Source: Sminthopsis crassicaudata (taxonomy: Eukaryota). From it: a stretch of DNA of 64,000 bases. Shown here one piece after another: positions 28,008 through 39,137 of this stretch. Positions within the stretch are counted from its first letter, which is position 1, and every line of letters begins with the position of its first letter. The stretch covers positions 291,911,765-291,975,764 of the forward strand of contig NC_133620.1 in assembly GCF_048593235.1 (NCBI RefSeq). Reading direction: 5' to 3'. The translations under genes and the position numbers were made by a program. The notes beneath the pieces were generated by a model, which made no database searches, was not told where the DNA came from, and saw only the letters and a list, made by a program, of their open reading frames with translations.

Positions 28008-28829
28008 AATTTTACTTATGAGCTTGTTATAAAATACTTTCAGGATTGTTAAAACCGGAAAATCTCTAGTTTACTATGCCCTACTTTGTATCTGAGATTT
28101 TTCTTCTTTCAGCCAAATAACCCTCTATGTTTATAAAGTGCAGTCAATCAATTTTTTGCAGCCATATAGCTTATTTAACTTAGTGAACTTGTAAGGGAAA
28201 ATTTTTCAGTGCTCTCACATGGGTTAGATATGTCATATTCCAGAACTTCCTTTCAAACGCAAAGGTTCATGGACAAGGAATAATAATAGTACTGAATAGA
28301 GTACAGGGCCCAGATCTAGGTCTGGGTCTAAATACTAAAAATGCTAAAGAAATTTGAGGTAGTGATAAGAGACAGGTCAGCCTTCTGATCTTCTTATCAA
28401 TTCAAAGGTTTCATAATGCCTTATTTGCTGTCTCTGCATAATGATGGTTCTTTACTAGCTGCTCTCTTTTTTCCTTGTGTCGTGATCAATGGAAGATGAG
28501 GGAAGAAAAGAAGATGGCCATTTTCAGAGACTTGATTTTTCCTCATTTTGTTCCTTAAATTACAAGATGCTGGGGAAAATATTAATTAGGAGATAAGAAG
28601 ATAGAATGACCATAATACCTTTCACTTTCATTCTCATCTTATATCCAGTCAATTCCACTTACTCAGCATCTCTCACATTCCTCCTTTTCTCTTTATTGAT
28701 GCAACTTATCTGGTTCAAACTCTCATTATATTTCTTCAAACCTTCATCTGGATTACTACAATAGTTTCTTAATTAGTATCTTTATGATCAGTCTCTTCTC
28801 TAAATCATCTTCTGCACAGTGCTAAGCCA

Positions 28830-29310
28830 ATATTCTTTTTTTGTTGATGTTGTTATAGTTTTTTATTTATAAAACATATGCATGGGTAATTTTTCAACAC
28901 TGACCCTTGCAAAACCTTCTGTTCCACCTTTCTCTCACCTTTCCTCCCAACCCCTCCCCTAGATGGCATGTAGTCTAATACATGTTAAATATGTTAAAGT
29001 ATATGTTAAATCCAATATATGTATACATATTTATACAGTTATCTTGCTGCACAAGAAAAAATGGATCCAGAAAGAAAGAAAAAAAATAAACCCAAGAAGG
29101 AAAACAAAAATGCAAGCAAACAATAACAAAAAGAGTAGGAATGCTATGTCATGGTCCACACTAATTTCCCATAGTTCTCTCTCTCAGTATAGCTGACTCT
29201 CCTCATTTCTAAGCAATTGGAACTAGTTTGAATCATCTCATTGTTGAAGAGAGCCACATTCATCAGAATTGATCATTTATAATTTTGCTGTTGCCATGTA
29301 TAATGATCTA
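28830..29310 (-). mobile_element. L1 3' end inserted in an L2 fragment
   Basis: Reverse-complement L1 3'UTR flanked by L2-like sequence. Confidence 0.7.
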
Positions 29311-29989
29311 AGCCAATATTCTTGAAGTTTATTCTTTTGCTTAATAAGCTTCAGGGTTTGCCCAATAGTTTGAGAGTAAAACCCAAATTCTTTTAGACTC
29401 CAATCTGTTTTTCTAAGTTAATTACCTATTAGCCACAGTCACAAATTCTGTGCTCCATTCAAACAGGCTGACTTGGTGTTCTTCATGCCATTTTCTAATT
29501 CTAGGCCTTTGTACAGATTGTCCTCCATGTCTGGAATGCCCTCCTTTCTCACCTCTGCTTCCTGTAACCTCTGCTTCCCTTTAAAGACCAGTTTTTTCAA
29601 GCTTCCTCTTTCAAGAAATTGTTCTTGATTCTTCTAGATGTCAGTTTTACCTTCCCTCATCCCTCATGATTGTGTATACTAGGTGGCACAGTGGATAGAG
29701 TACTGGAATCTGTATGAAGTAAAGTGGAGATCTGGAGTCAGGAATACCTAAATTCAAATCTAGCCTTAGACACTGACTAGCTTTTAAAGTACGTCACTTA
29801 AATTTTGTTTGCCTTAGTTTCATAAACTATGAAATGGAGACAATGATAGCACCTATCTTTAAGGATTATTATGAGGATCAAAGATTAATATTTGTAAAAC
29901 ATTGGTACATAGTAGGTGCTATATAGTCCTTCCTCCTTGTGTATCCATCTGTAAACATAATAATAATAGGATGTAAGTTCTTTCAACTC

Positions 29990-31830
29990 TGAGATAACAC
30001 TACAAACCACTCAGACTAGCTAAAATGACAGGAAAAGGTAATGATAAATATTGGAGGAGATGTGGAAAAATTGGGACACTAATACATTGTTGGTGAAATT
30101 GTGAACTGATCCAACCATTCAGGAGAGCAATTTGGAACTAAAGGGGGCTATTTAACTGTGCATATCCTTTTGATCCAGCAGTGTCTCTACTGGGTCTGTA
30201 TCACAACGAGATTATAAAAAAGGGAAAAGGACTCACCTGTGCAAAAATGTAGCAGCCCTTTTTCTAGGGGTAATAAACTGGAAACTGAGTGGACACCCCT
30301 CAGTTGGGGAATGGCTGAATAAGTTATGGTATATGAATGTTATGGAATGTAATTGTTCTATAAGAAATGATCAGTTACGTGAACTTATTCTGAGCCAAAC
30401 AAGCAGAACCAGGAATACATTGTACACAATAAAATAAGAATGTGCAATGATCAACTATGAGAAACTTGATTCTTCAGTGATCCAAAGCAATCCCAATAGA
30501 TTTTGAACAGAAAATGCCATCTACATCCAGAAAATGAACTAAGAGAACAAATGTAAATCAATACATGCTTTGTTCACTTCCTTTTTTTCTGCTTTTTAAA
30601 AAAAATTTCTCCATTTGTTCTGAGTTTTCTCTCTCAACATGATTCATAAAGTAATGTGTATTAAAAATTTTAAAAATAAAAATAAAAGTTAAAAAAAAAG
30701 AAAGAAAAAAGAAATGATCAACAGGATGATTTCAGAAAAGCCTGGAGAGATTTACATGAACTATAAGTGAAGTGAGTAGAACCAAGAGAACAGTGTACAC
30801 AGCAACAAGATTATGGGATAGACATGGCTCTTTTCAACATTGAGGTGATTTAGACCAATTGCAATAAACTTGTGATGGAGAGAGCTAGCCATCTGTATTC
30901 AGAAAGAGAACCATGGGGACTGAATGTGCATCACAACATATATTTCCACCTTTTTTGTTGTTTGCTTGATTTTTGTCTTTCTTATTTTTTCCTTTTTGAT
31001 CTGATTTTTCTTATGCAGCATGAAAAATGTGAAAATATGTATAGAAGAATTGTACAGATTTAATATATATTGGATTACTTACTGTTTAGGGAACGGGGAA
31101 GGGAAGGGAGGGAGAAAATTTTGGAAAACAAGATTTTGGAAAGGTGAATGTTGAAAACTATCTTTGCATATATTTTGAAAAAAAAAGCTACAAAAAAAGA
31201 AAAAGGATCCACAAGTGCAAAAATGTTTGTAGTAGCTCTTTATGTAGTGGCAAGGAGCTGGAAACTCGGTAGATGTCCATCAGTTGGAGAATGGCTGAAT
31301 AAGTTATGGTATATGACTGTTATGGAAAATTATTGTTCTATAAGAAATGATCAGCAGGATTATTGCAAGAAGAAGACCTGGAGAGACTTATGTGAAATGA
31401 GTAGAACCAGTAGAAATTGTACACAAGCAACAAGATTATGTGATGATCAATTCTGTTGGCATGGCTCTCTTCAACATTGGTGAATCAGGCTAATTCCAAT
31501 AGACAATTCCAATGTGATGGAGAAAGACATCTGCATCCAGAGAGAGGACTATGGGGACTGAATGTGGATCACTACATAGTATTCTCACCTTTTTTGTTAT
31601 TGTTGTTTTTTTGCTTTTTTTTCCCTTTTTGATCTGATTTTTCTTGTGTAACATGATAAATTTAGAAGTATTGCACATGTTTAACCTATACTGGATTACT
31701 TGCTGTCTAAGAAAGGGAGGTAGGAGGAGGGAGGGAGAAAAAGTTGGAGCACAAAGTTTTGCAAGGGTGAATGTTGAAAAATATCTTTGCACATATTTTG
31801 AAAACAAAAAGCTATTAAAACTTTTAAAAA
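29990..31830 (+). mobile_element. Stack of L1 3' ends, including a nested insertion at 30374..30708
   Basis: Repeated ORF2 C-terminal motifs and a TSD AAGAAATGATCA at 30362-73 and 30709-20. Confidence 0.85.
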
Positions 31831-32631
31831 TGTAAATTCCTTGAGGGCAGGAACAGACTCATTTTTGTATTTTTAGCACTAGTACTTAATATGGTACATG
31901 GCACATAGTAAAATAAATACTTATTAACCAATTGATTGAAGAAGGAAGTATCTTATCCTAATTTCACAGATGAGGAAACCGAGATTCAGAGAAAAGTGAA
32001 ATAATTTGCTCAAGGTTACAGTGAGTAAGTAGAAGATCAAAGATTCCAACTCAGGTCTTCTGACTTCACAGTCAGTTCCATAGAGGAAACCTCTTTAAGG
32101 GGCATTGAAAATGGAATGAAGAGACCTGGGTTCAAATTCTGAACCACATGCTTGCTCTATGACACAAGGCAAGTAAGTCCTTTAAGGTCACAAAACCTTA
32201 AAATGTAAAATGATGATAAAATTACTACCTATCTCACAGAATGGTTGTGGGGAATGGGCTTTGTGAGGACAGAAACTGTGTGTTCTATTTTCACATGCTC
32301 ACAGTATCTAGTATAAAGCAGATATTCAGTAAGAATCTATTGGCTAACTATCTCCTTATATATACACCTCTTTCATCTGCTTCAGCTACATTTCATTGCA
32401 ACATTACCAAGTCAAGTTTGTGAGGTATTGACAAAAAGATATAAAGGGTCTATCTCTTAGGCTACGATGTTTCCCCTCAGAATATAAATAAAGGGCCACA
32501 CAAACTTTATCTCTTTTCTCTTCCCCTCCCCTAGCCCTCAATCCCCTAAGGGACCCAGGCATGTATACCCTACCTCCTTCCCGAGTTCGGAGAATCTAGG
32601 CGTCTAGTTGCCCAGCCCTATCTCTGGGTAA

Positions 32632-32698
32632 ACAGGAAACCTGGTTGGGGCTTACTGGGGAGGAACCATGATGAGAGGAGGGGTATTTGGAAAGTCCC
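32632..32698 (+). promoter_or_regulatory. LTB proximal promoter: ETS and NF-kB sites
   Basis: ACAGGAAAC (32632-40) and GGAAAGTCCC (32689-98; reverse complement GGGACTTTCC, a canonical kB site), 100-170 bp upstream of the ATG. Confidence 0.7.
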
Positions 32699-32800
32699 AG
32701 ACAGATGTGGACATGGTATATGTGTGTGGGGAGGTGATAACCCCACCCCTGAGGTATGAAAGACCCTCTTCTCTTGTTCAGGCCCTAGCTCAGTGCATCA

Positions 32801-34858
32801 ATGGGGGCTTCAGGACTGGAGGCCCGAGTTGATGGACCTAACAGGAAGGGTTGCCTTTTGCTGGCTTCAGTAGGAGCTGCTGTGTTGGGGACTCTGCTGC
32901 TATCTGTACCCTTCACTGTCTTGGCTGTGCTGGCTCTGATGCCCCAAGAACAGGGGGGAAAGGTGAACATTGGCTGTTTGAGTCTCTTTCTCTAATCACA
33001 CTTTTCTTGTGGAGAACCTTTGTTTCTCTCTCTAGGTCCTGGTTTCTTTCTCAGTTTCTGTGTTTTCCTTTTTCCATCTGTGTGAAATATCTGGCATCCC
33101 TATATCCTTCTATGTGAGCATCAATAACACCCTCCTCCAATTTTCTTCATTCATGGTCTTATGCTTTTTTCCTGTGGCCTATACCTTCGACTTCTCTCTC
33201 TTTGAGCTATCAAAATTTGACGCCTTCCTTTCTCTTTTCACATTGACTCCAGTGACTCTCAGACCCTGGGAAATGTTGGGGGGAGTTGCTGGGGGAAGAA
33301 AATCTAAAGCTGAAAAATCTAATTCTTGGATCCAAGTGGAAGAGGAAGTAATGATGCCACGTTTGAACTTAAGTCATTGTCTCCTCATCCAGGTAGCTGA
33401 CCCTTCTGGTCCAGGAGGACAATTGCTGCAACAACTAGGTAAGGGTAATTCCTAGTGTCCAGATGTGGTCCCTTGGTCCTTTTCCCTATCCCTGTTCATC
33501 TCATGAACCCAAATATCTAGCTCATGATTTTTCAGAATCTTGACTATCCCAACCCTTCAATTTCCCCTCCCTCCCTGTCTTTCTCTCTAGGATTTCATAA
33601 ACTGCCAGTGGAGTCCAGATCAGATTTCAGTTCCATTCCTCCAGCTGCCCACCTCATAGGTAAGAGCTTGGATTTACCAGAGGATGTGGAGATGGGCTTG
33701 AACTTGGGAAGATTTGAAACAAACAGGGCTTTTTGTCTCTCCTTCCCTTTCCCTATTAGCTATCTTTTTCATTTGCCATTATCTTGTGTCCACACTCCTT
33801 AGTTGGTTCCTCAAACTTTTCATATTCTCTTCCCCACCCCACCCCATTCCTATTCTATATAGACATTCTTCCTATTTCCATTCTCAATTTTCCATTCATT
33901 TTTGTCTTAACTGTCCCAGGCTTATGCTAGCCTCTCACAGGTTCACTCTCATTCCTTTAGCATCCTGAATCTTGGCCTCCTGAGAACATCTAACCTAAAC
34001 TTGGAAAGGTGCCCTCTTCCATAAATCCAGATCTGAATTGTTATACCAAGACCTCTCTCTGGGATACACAAAATTCAGCTTTGAGTCCCTTAGACTGTTT
34101 AGAAACCTTCCCTTTCTCACCTCTTCCAACCCTCCCTGAATTTTCCAACCTTTTTCCCATCTTTTGAGCTTGTTCCTACTCTTGGTCTGATCAGCCACGG
34201 CTGGGCATACTGTAACTTGATTCTTAACATAGTGATGTCATTTTGGTCCTCTTCCAGACTGAAGAACAATAATCGACTGAGATTTCAATGCAACTTGCTT
34301 GATCCAGACAGAATCACTTAGCTCGGAAGCTGGTTCTTAAAGAGACAGTGTTCACCATTTCACCCCTATTTTTCTACAGGTGTCTCAAAATCAGCTCATG
34401 GACTGCACTGGGTGTCGGGACACGAGGAAGCATTTCTGAAGAGTGGAACACAATTCTTGGGGGATGAAGGGCTACTGGCCCTTCCTCAAGATGGAATTTA
34501 TTTCCTTTACTGTCATATTGGGTACAGGGGCCGAGCTCCCTCTGGTGGAGAACAGGCTCGCTCTCATAATCCAGGGGACCCTGGAGTTCCTGTCATCCTC
34601 AGCAGTTGGTTATATAGGGCTGGGGGAGCCTATGGATCAGGGGAGCCAGAACTGCTGCTTCAGGGGGCAGAGACTGTGACCTCTTCTGTGCGACAAAACA
34701 AGGGAGTTGAGCAGGGTACTTTGTGGTATGCCAGTGTAGGGTTTGGAGGATTGGTTCAGCTTCGAGGGGGTGAGAGGATCTATGTTAATGTCAGTCACCT
34801 AGACATGGTGGACTTCAGGAGGGGGAAAACATTCTTTGGAGCTGTAATGGTGGGATGA
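32801..34858 (+). CDS. LTB: Lymphotoxin beta; CDS join(32801..32962,33393..33438,33591..33659,34380..34858)
   Basis: Exon 1 encodes MGASGLEARV...LLLSVPFTVLAVLALMPQEQGGK (type II TM anchor). Exon 3 ends PAAHLIG. Exon 4 is the TNF-homology domain ending FRRGKTFFGAVMVG*. All introns are GT-AG, phases are consistent, and there are no internal stops. Confidence 0.97.
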
Positions 34859-35091
34859 GGGACACATAGATACTATAGAAAATGTCCATTGGTGGGAGTG
34901 GCAGTGACTTAGTTGGACTGGGGTTGGGTGCTGTTCAGGTAAAGGATCTCTAGGGAAAACGAAGGCTAAATGGTCAGATGAGTAGGGCCTAGAGGTAAGA
35001 GAAGGAGGGAGAGATGGGAAGAGAGATAAATTGTAATTGTATTAGTTTCTTAAATAAGGTATCAAGAGTATCTTGTAAGTTTTGCCCTGAC

Positions 35092-35097
35092 AATAAA
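35092..35097 (+). terminator. LTB polyadenylation signal
   Basis: AATAAA ~235 nt after the LTB stop. Confidence 0.6.
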
Positions 35098-35519
35098 GAT
35101 GATTGTCTCCTTTACCCTCTGTTTTGCTGTTTCCTTTGCTCGACACCTCAGCATTACCCTGTATTGTATAACATCATCTTCCTCTACTCAGCCTCAGATT
35201 TAAAGTAATTTCCAACTCCTTTACGGAGGGAATTGAGGTACAGAGAAGGTGAATTACCCAATGTCATACAGATACTAAGTGGGAAAGACAAGATTCAAAC
35301 ATAGGTTTTCTGACTCTAACTTAAATGTTCTTTCCTCTATACCATATGCCATCTCAGACTAAGGGTAAAGAGAACAGAACCCCATTAAATTTAAAAACAT
35401 TCTCACAACATTCCATAAAGCTACTCGCATTCCATCCTGGAACTTTTTTTTTTTTTTTTTGCTCAAGAAGTCTGACCTGTTGTCTGTAATCTTCCTAGGT
35501 ATAGATTGAGAAATTCAAA

Positions 35520-36710
35520 GGAAAGGAGAACAGTTATGTGGGAGACCTAGGCACTCCAGCTACATTCATCAATCTCTGCCTCACCTCCAGTCTCTTTAAA
35601 ATATCCTCAAATAAGCTTCCCCGCCCCCCTTCAGGATCTATCAAAATTTCTTTAGCCTGGGAAGACTAAAGACTAAAGAGAAAGAGGAATAGGAACTTTG
35701 TGTGTTTTAGAAGAATTATAACAAGGGGAAAATTTCTACCATCCAAAATGACCTGGCTTAAAATGCTATATAGGGATTATGTCTGACCCTTAGCCAATGG
35801 TATCTTTCTGAGTTAGGCCAATGGAGTTATGATGCTTCTTTCCCCCAAAGAGACTAGAACTTTCATGACAGAGGAAGAGAGAGGAAGAGACATATAGGGG
35901 TCGGAAGATATATGGAAGAAAGAAACTTATTTCAAAAGGAAGTTTCTGTATGGCAGAGAGGAAAGACTATCCTATCTTAGGAAAAAAATTAGTGGTGGTG
36001 ATTAGGAAAAAGAAAAAAAATTTTCAGAGGAGATCATTCTCAAATCCAAGGTAGAGTGGAAAGTCCTACTCCCCAGTTCACATCTTGGGTCCCCAGTTCC
36101 AAGAAGAGTTAGGGGAACTAGGGTGAGTAACAAGAGCATCCGCCCCAGCATCATTGACCCATTTAGAGCCCCAGTGTGGAGGAGGCAGATGGAGGACCCA
36201 ACACTCTTATCTAGGTCAGTCTTACTTTATGGGACCTTGCCTCCTTTCATTCCTCCCAGAATTATTTGATGTTAGAAACATATTTGTTCATCTATATAGC
36301 AAAACTGGAGGTAGAAATGGGAGTGTGTGGGAAGAAAACTCTTTCCATCTATAGTTTTGTTTTTGTCTTACTACATATCTCCCTTTCCCCATTGTATCCT
36401 AATTCAGAGAGACCAGACTAGGTCAGACATAATCCCTATATAGCATTTTAAGCCAGGTCATTTTGGATGGTAGAGCTAACCACCAACTACACCAAAATTT
36501 TTCCCTTGTTATAGTTTTTCTAAAACACACAAAGTTCCTACTCCTCTTTCTCTTTAGTCTTTAGTCTTCCCAGGCTAAAGAAATTTTGATAGATCCTGGA
36601 AGGGGGCAGGGAAGCTTATTTGAGGATATTTTAAAGAGACTGGAGGTGAGGCAGAGATTGATGAATGTAGCTGGAGTGCCTAGGTCTCCCAAGTAATTGT
36701 TTTCCTTTCC
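35520..36710. repeat. Long inverted repeat: arms ~35520..35788 and ~36421..36710, with a ~630-bp spacer
   Basis: GGGAGACCTAGGCACTCCAGCTACATTCATC...GTCTGACC is matched by its reverse complement. There are few substitutions and one ~20-bp indel. Confidence 0.92.
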
Positions 36711-36977
36711 TATTGAAAGACTATTTCAGAATAGTCTTTGTTGTTCTGTTTTTGATTTTTTCCAAATCTCTTTAATATCATTTCTTGGAGAACAGGAAAG
36801 GGAAAGGGAAAGCTGAGAGTACAAGAAACTTTGATCCCTGAAAGGAGTCTGTGAAGGAGGGAAATTGGGAGACCTAACACCTGACTTCCTGGAAGTTCTA
36901 TGACTCGGGTCATAGGAGATATTGTCCGTCCCCTGCTTTCTCAGGCCCCTGAATCTTAAACTTCACCTGAATTATGT

Positions 36978-37023
36978 GGAATTTTTCAGCTAGAAATTGG
37001 AATTCCCAGATTTGGAAATTCTT
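36978..37023 (-). promoter_or_regulatory. Clustered kB-type sites downstream of TNF (3' enhancer, kB4/HSS+3-like)
   Basis: The minus strand reads AAGAATTTCCAAATCTGGGAATTCCAATTTCTAGCTGAAAAATTCC. This resembles the recalled human/mouse TNF downstream enhancer and lies at a similar position. Confidence 0.65.
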
Positions 37024-38245
37024 AATTCTCTGGGTATGATTTCCCTAAGGAACTGGGGAAAAAAAGGGACTTGGAGTGGTGGTGGGGGAACAGATAGATG
37101 ACAGCTCTTTTCAAGCAATTGAAAGGCTGTTCTTAGAGAAGGTATTGGATTCGTGGATTGAACAATAACAGTTGTTAGGTGATCTAGTTTAACTCCCATT
37201 GTATAGATTAAGGATCTTACAGAGACAATAATTTGTCTAAGATCACATAATATGTATCAGAGATGGGTGTTTCACTCTGTTTAATGTTCTCTCCAAGATA
37301 ACACACTTCCCCTCTTTGTTGGTAACATTTAAAAAATTCATGAGAAAGGAGGATGTTCCATTTACATTTTGTTGGATGACAACAATTAACTCCCAATCAC
37401 ATCAAAATCTCTTTCTTTCAGTCTCTATTTGGTATGAGATTTTCCCCAATACATACAGAATCCCATTTCTCCTCTTTCTATAACATGAGACTCTTTTCTT
37501 TTCCATAGATTCCTGCCTTCCCAGGCTAAATAAATTTTGATTATTGATACTGAAGAAGAAAAGTTGTTTTCAGAAGAAGATGAGGATAAATACAGGTTGA
37601 GGGAAGGGACAGAAGCTAGTTGCATGAGATCTAGAAAAGTCTGGGTGACAGAAACAAAAATAAATGAAATTTTCAAGAAGTTGACAGTGAAATGGAGAGC
37701 AGATGTGTTTACAATCAATAGTCAAGGGAAGCTTTTTATATGACTGGAAAGACCTGAACATGTTTGTAGATGTTGGGAAGGAGTCAAGTAGATGGGTACT
37801 GGAAGTAGAAGAGGATGAGATCAAAGAATATAAGCTTGTGGAGGAAAAGGAATGCTTCTTCCTCTATGACAGGAGAAAAGAAAGAAAGGGTAAGATTTTT
37901 CAAGAGCAGTGTTGAGGAAGCTCCTATAGGATGGTCTCAATTGGCTTGGCAAAACAGGAAGCAATCTTTTTCTCTAAGTATCAAGGTATAATACTTTTCG
38001 AGTCTATCTCTATGAGATCTCTTGGATTCTATGATTTTAGAATGTAGCGTCTAGAGATGAGGAAAGGATTATAGAGAAAGCTCTTACATCCCAGAGAGAA
38101 GGAATTAGGAGGCAGGGATGAAAATTTTCTCACTTTGAAATGAGGCAGATAGAGGAAATAAAGCAACTGAATAACTCAAATGTATTGTGATCTCCCAGAC
38201 ATTTAATAACAATCACTTAATAACAAATCTCATTTTAAAGCAAAA

Positions 38246-38251
38246 TTTATT
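38246..38251 (-). terminator. TNF polyadenylation signal
   Basis: AATAAA on the minus strand at the end of a block resembling the human TNF 3' end (...CAGTGGCGTGAAATAAA). Confidence 0.8.
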
Positions 38252-38430
38252 TCACGCCACTGACAAATAGGGCGCTTACAAACATGGCTCCCCTGGGGAG
38301 CAGAGGTTCAGAGACACAGCAACACACAGCCACTAAATCAGCAATGTGATAAGATCAGATAATTTTTTTTAAATAGGCAGGTGAGAGGGTAGATGAGGGG
38401 CCAGAATAGGAGTACCCCTTGCTTCAGTTC

Positions 38431-38447
38431 CATTTTCATAGAAAATA
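38431..38447 (-). promoter_or_regulatory. TNF 3'UTR constitutive decay element (Roquin stem-loop)
   Basis: mRNA sense UAUUUUC-UAU-GAAAAUG matches the UUCYRYGAA triloop consensus and lies just 3' of the ARE. Confidence 0.85.
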
Positions 38448-38497
38448 CTCCAAAGCTGGGGAAACCTCAATATCTGGGTCCCCCATGAATCCTAACA

Positions 38498-38545
38498 TCC
38501 TAAATAAATATTTTCAAGAATAAATAAATAAATAAATAAATAAAC
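38498..38545 (-). promoter_or_regulatory. TNF 3'UTR AU-rich element
   Basis: mRNA sense UUUAUUUAUUUAUUUAUUUAUUUAUU...AUAUUUAUUUAG, with overlapping AUUUA pentamers. Confidence 0.9.
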
Positions 38546-38692
38546 AAACAATAAACACATTATCTAGTCATAAATAACAAAGGCCACCCCAGGTTTGATC
38601 CCAGGGAGGGGGGGGGAATAAAGGCAGGATTCCTGAATTACAGCCAATAGAGTAGGAATGATCTGAATTTTGATTCATTTCAGTGTTTAGAT

Positions 38693-38695
<3 letters not shown>

Positions 38696-38731
<36 letters not shown>
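38696..38731. repeat. (AT)18 microsatellite in the TNF 3'UTR
   Basis: Direct reading of the sequence. Confidence 0.97.
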
Positions 38732-38733
<2 letters not shown>

Positions 38734-39137
38734 ATCTCAGAGAGTGTTCTAGAATAAAGAGTATCCTTTCCCTCAGGTCAGGCTTCAAGGGGTGGCCTGG
38801 GCATTCTGGTTCCCAGTTTCGATCTAGATTCTTAATTTGTTTCAGCATGGATTTCTTGATAGTTTTATATTACTCTGAATCCTTTATTTCTATGGCCTGA
38901 CATATATAATAAATAATAAAAACTGCTGACAGCAGTTTTTATTACTACTTATATTCTTCTGACCCTTGTTTTCTTGATGCCCTTTGTCATATTTTAAATT
39001 GTTCTAAACTCTGGTTGTCAGTCTTTAAACCAATTCTCAAGCCCCCAAAAGGAAGGCTGATTGCCTCCAAGTTAAGGAGAAAGATTGATAAAGATTGTGG
39101 AATAAGGAGTTAGGAAGGTATGACTTCCTTTCTTCTC

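Noticed and set aside
35520-36710. Inverted repeat as a typical DNA transposon or MITE
   Set aside because: No TSD or recognisable TIR terminus and no transposase in the spacer. Left open as an unexplained inverted duplication.
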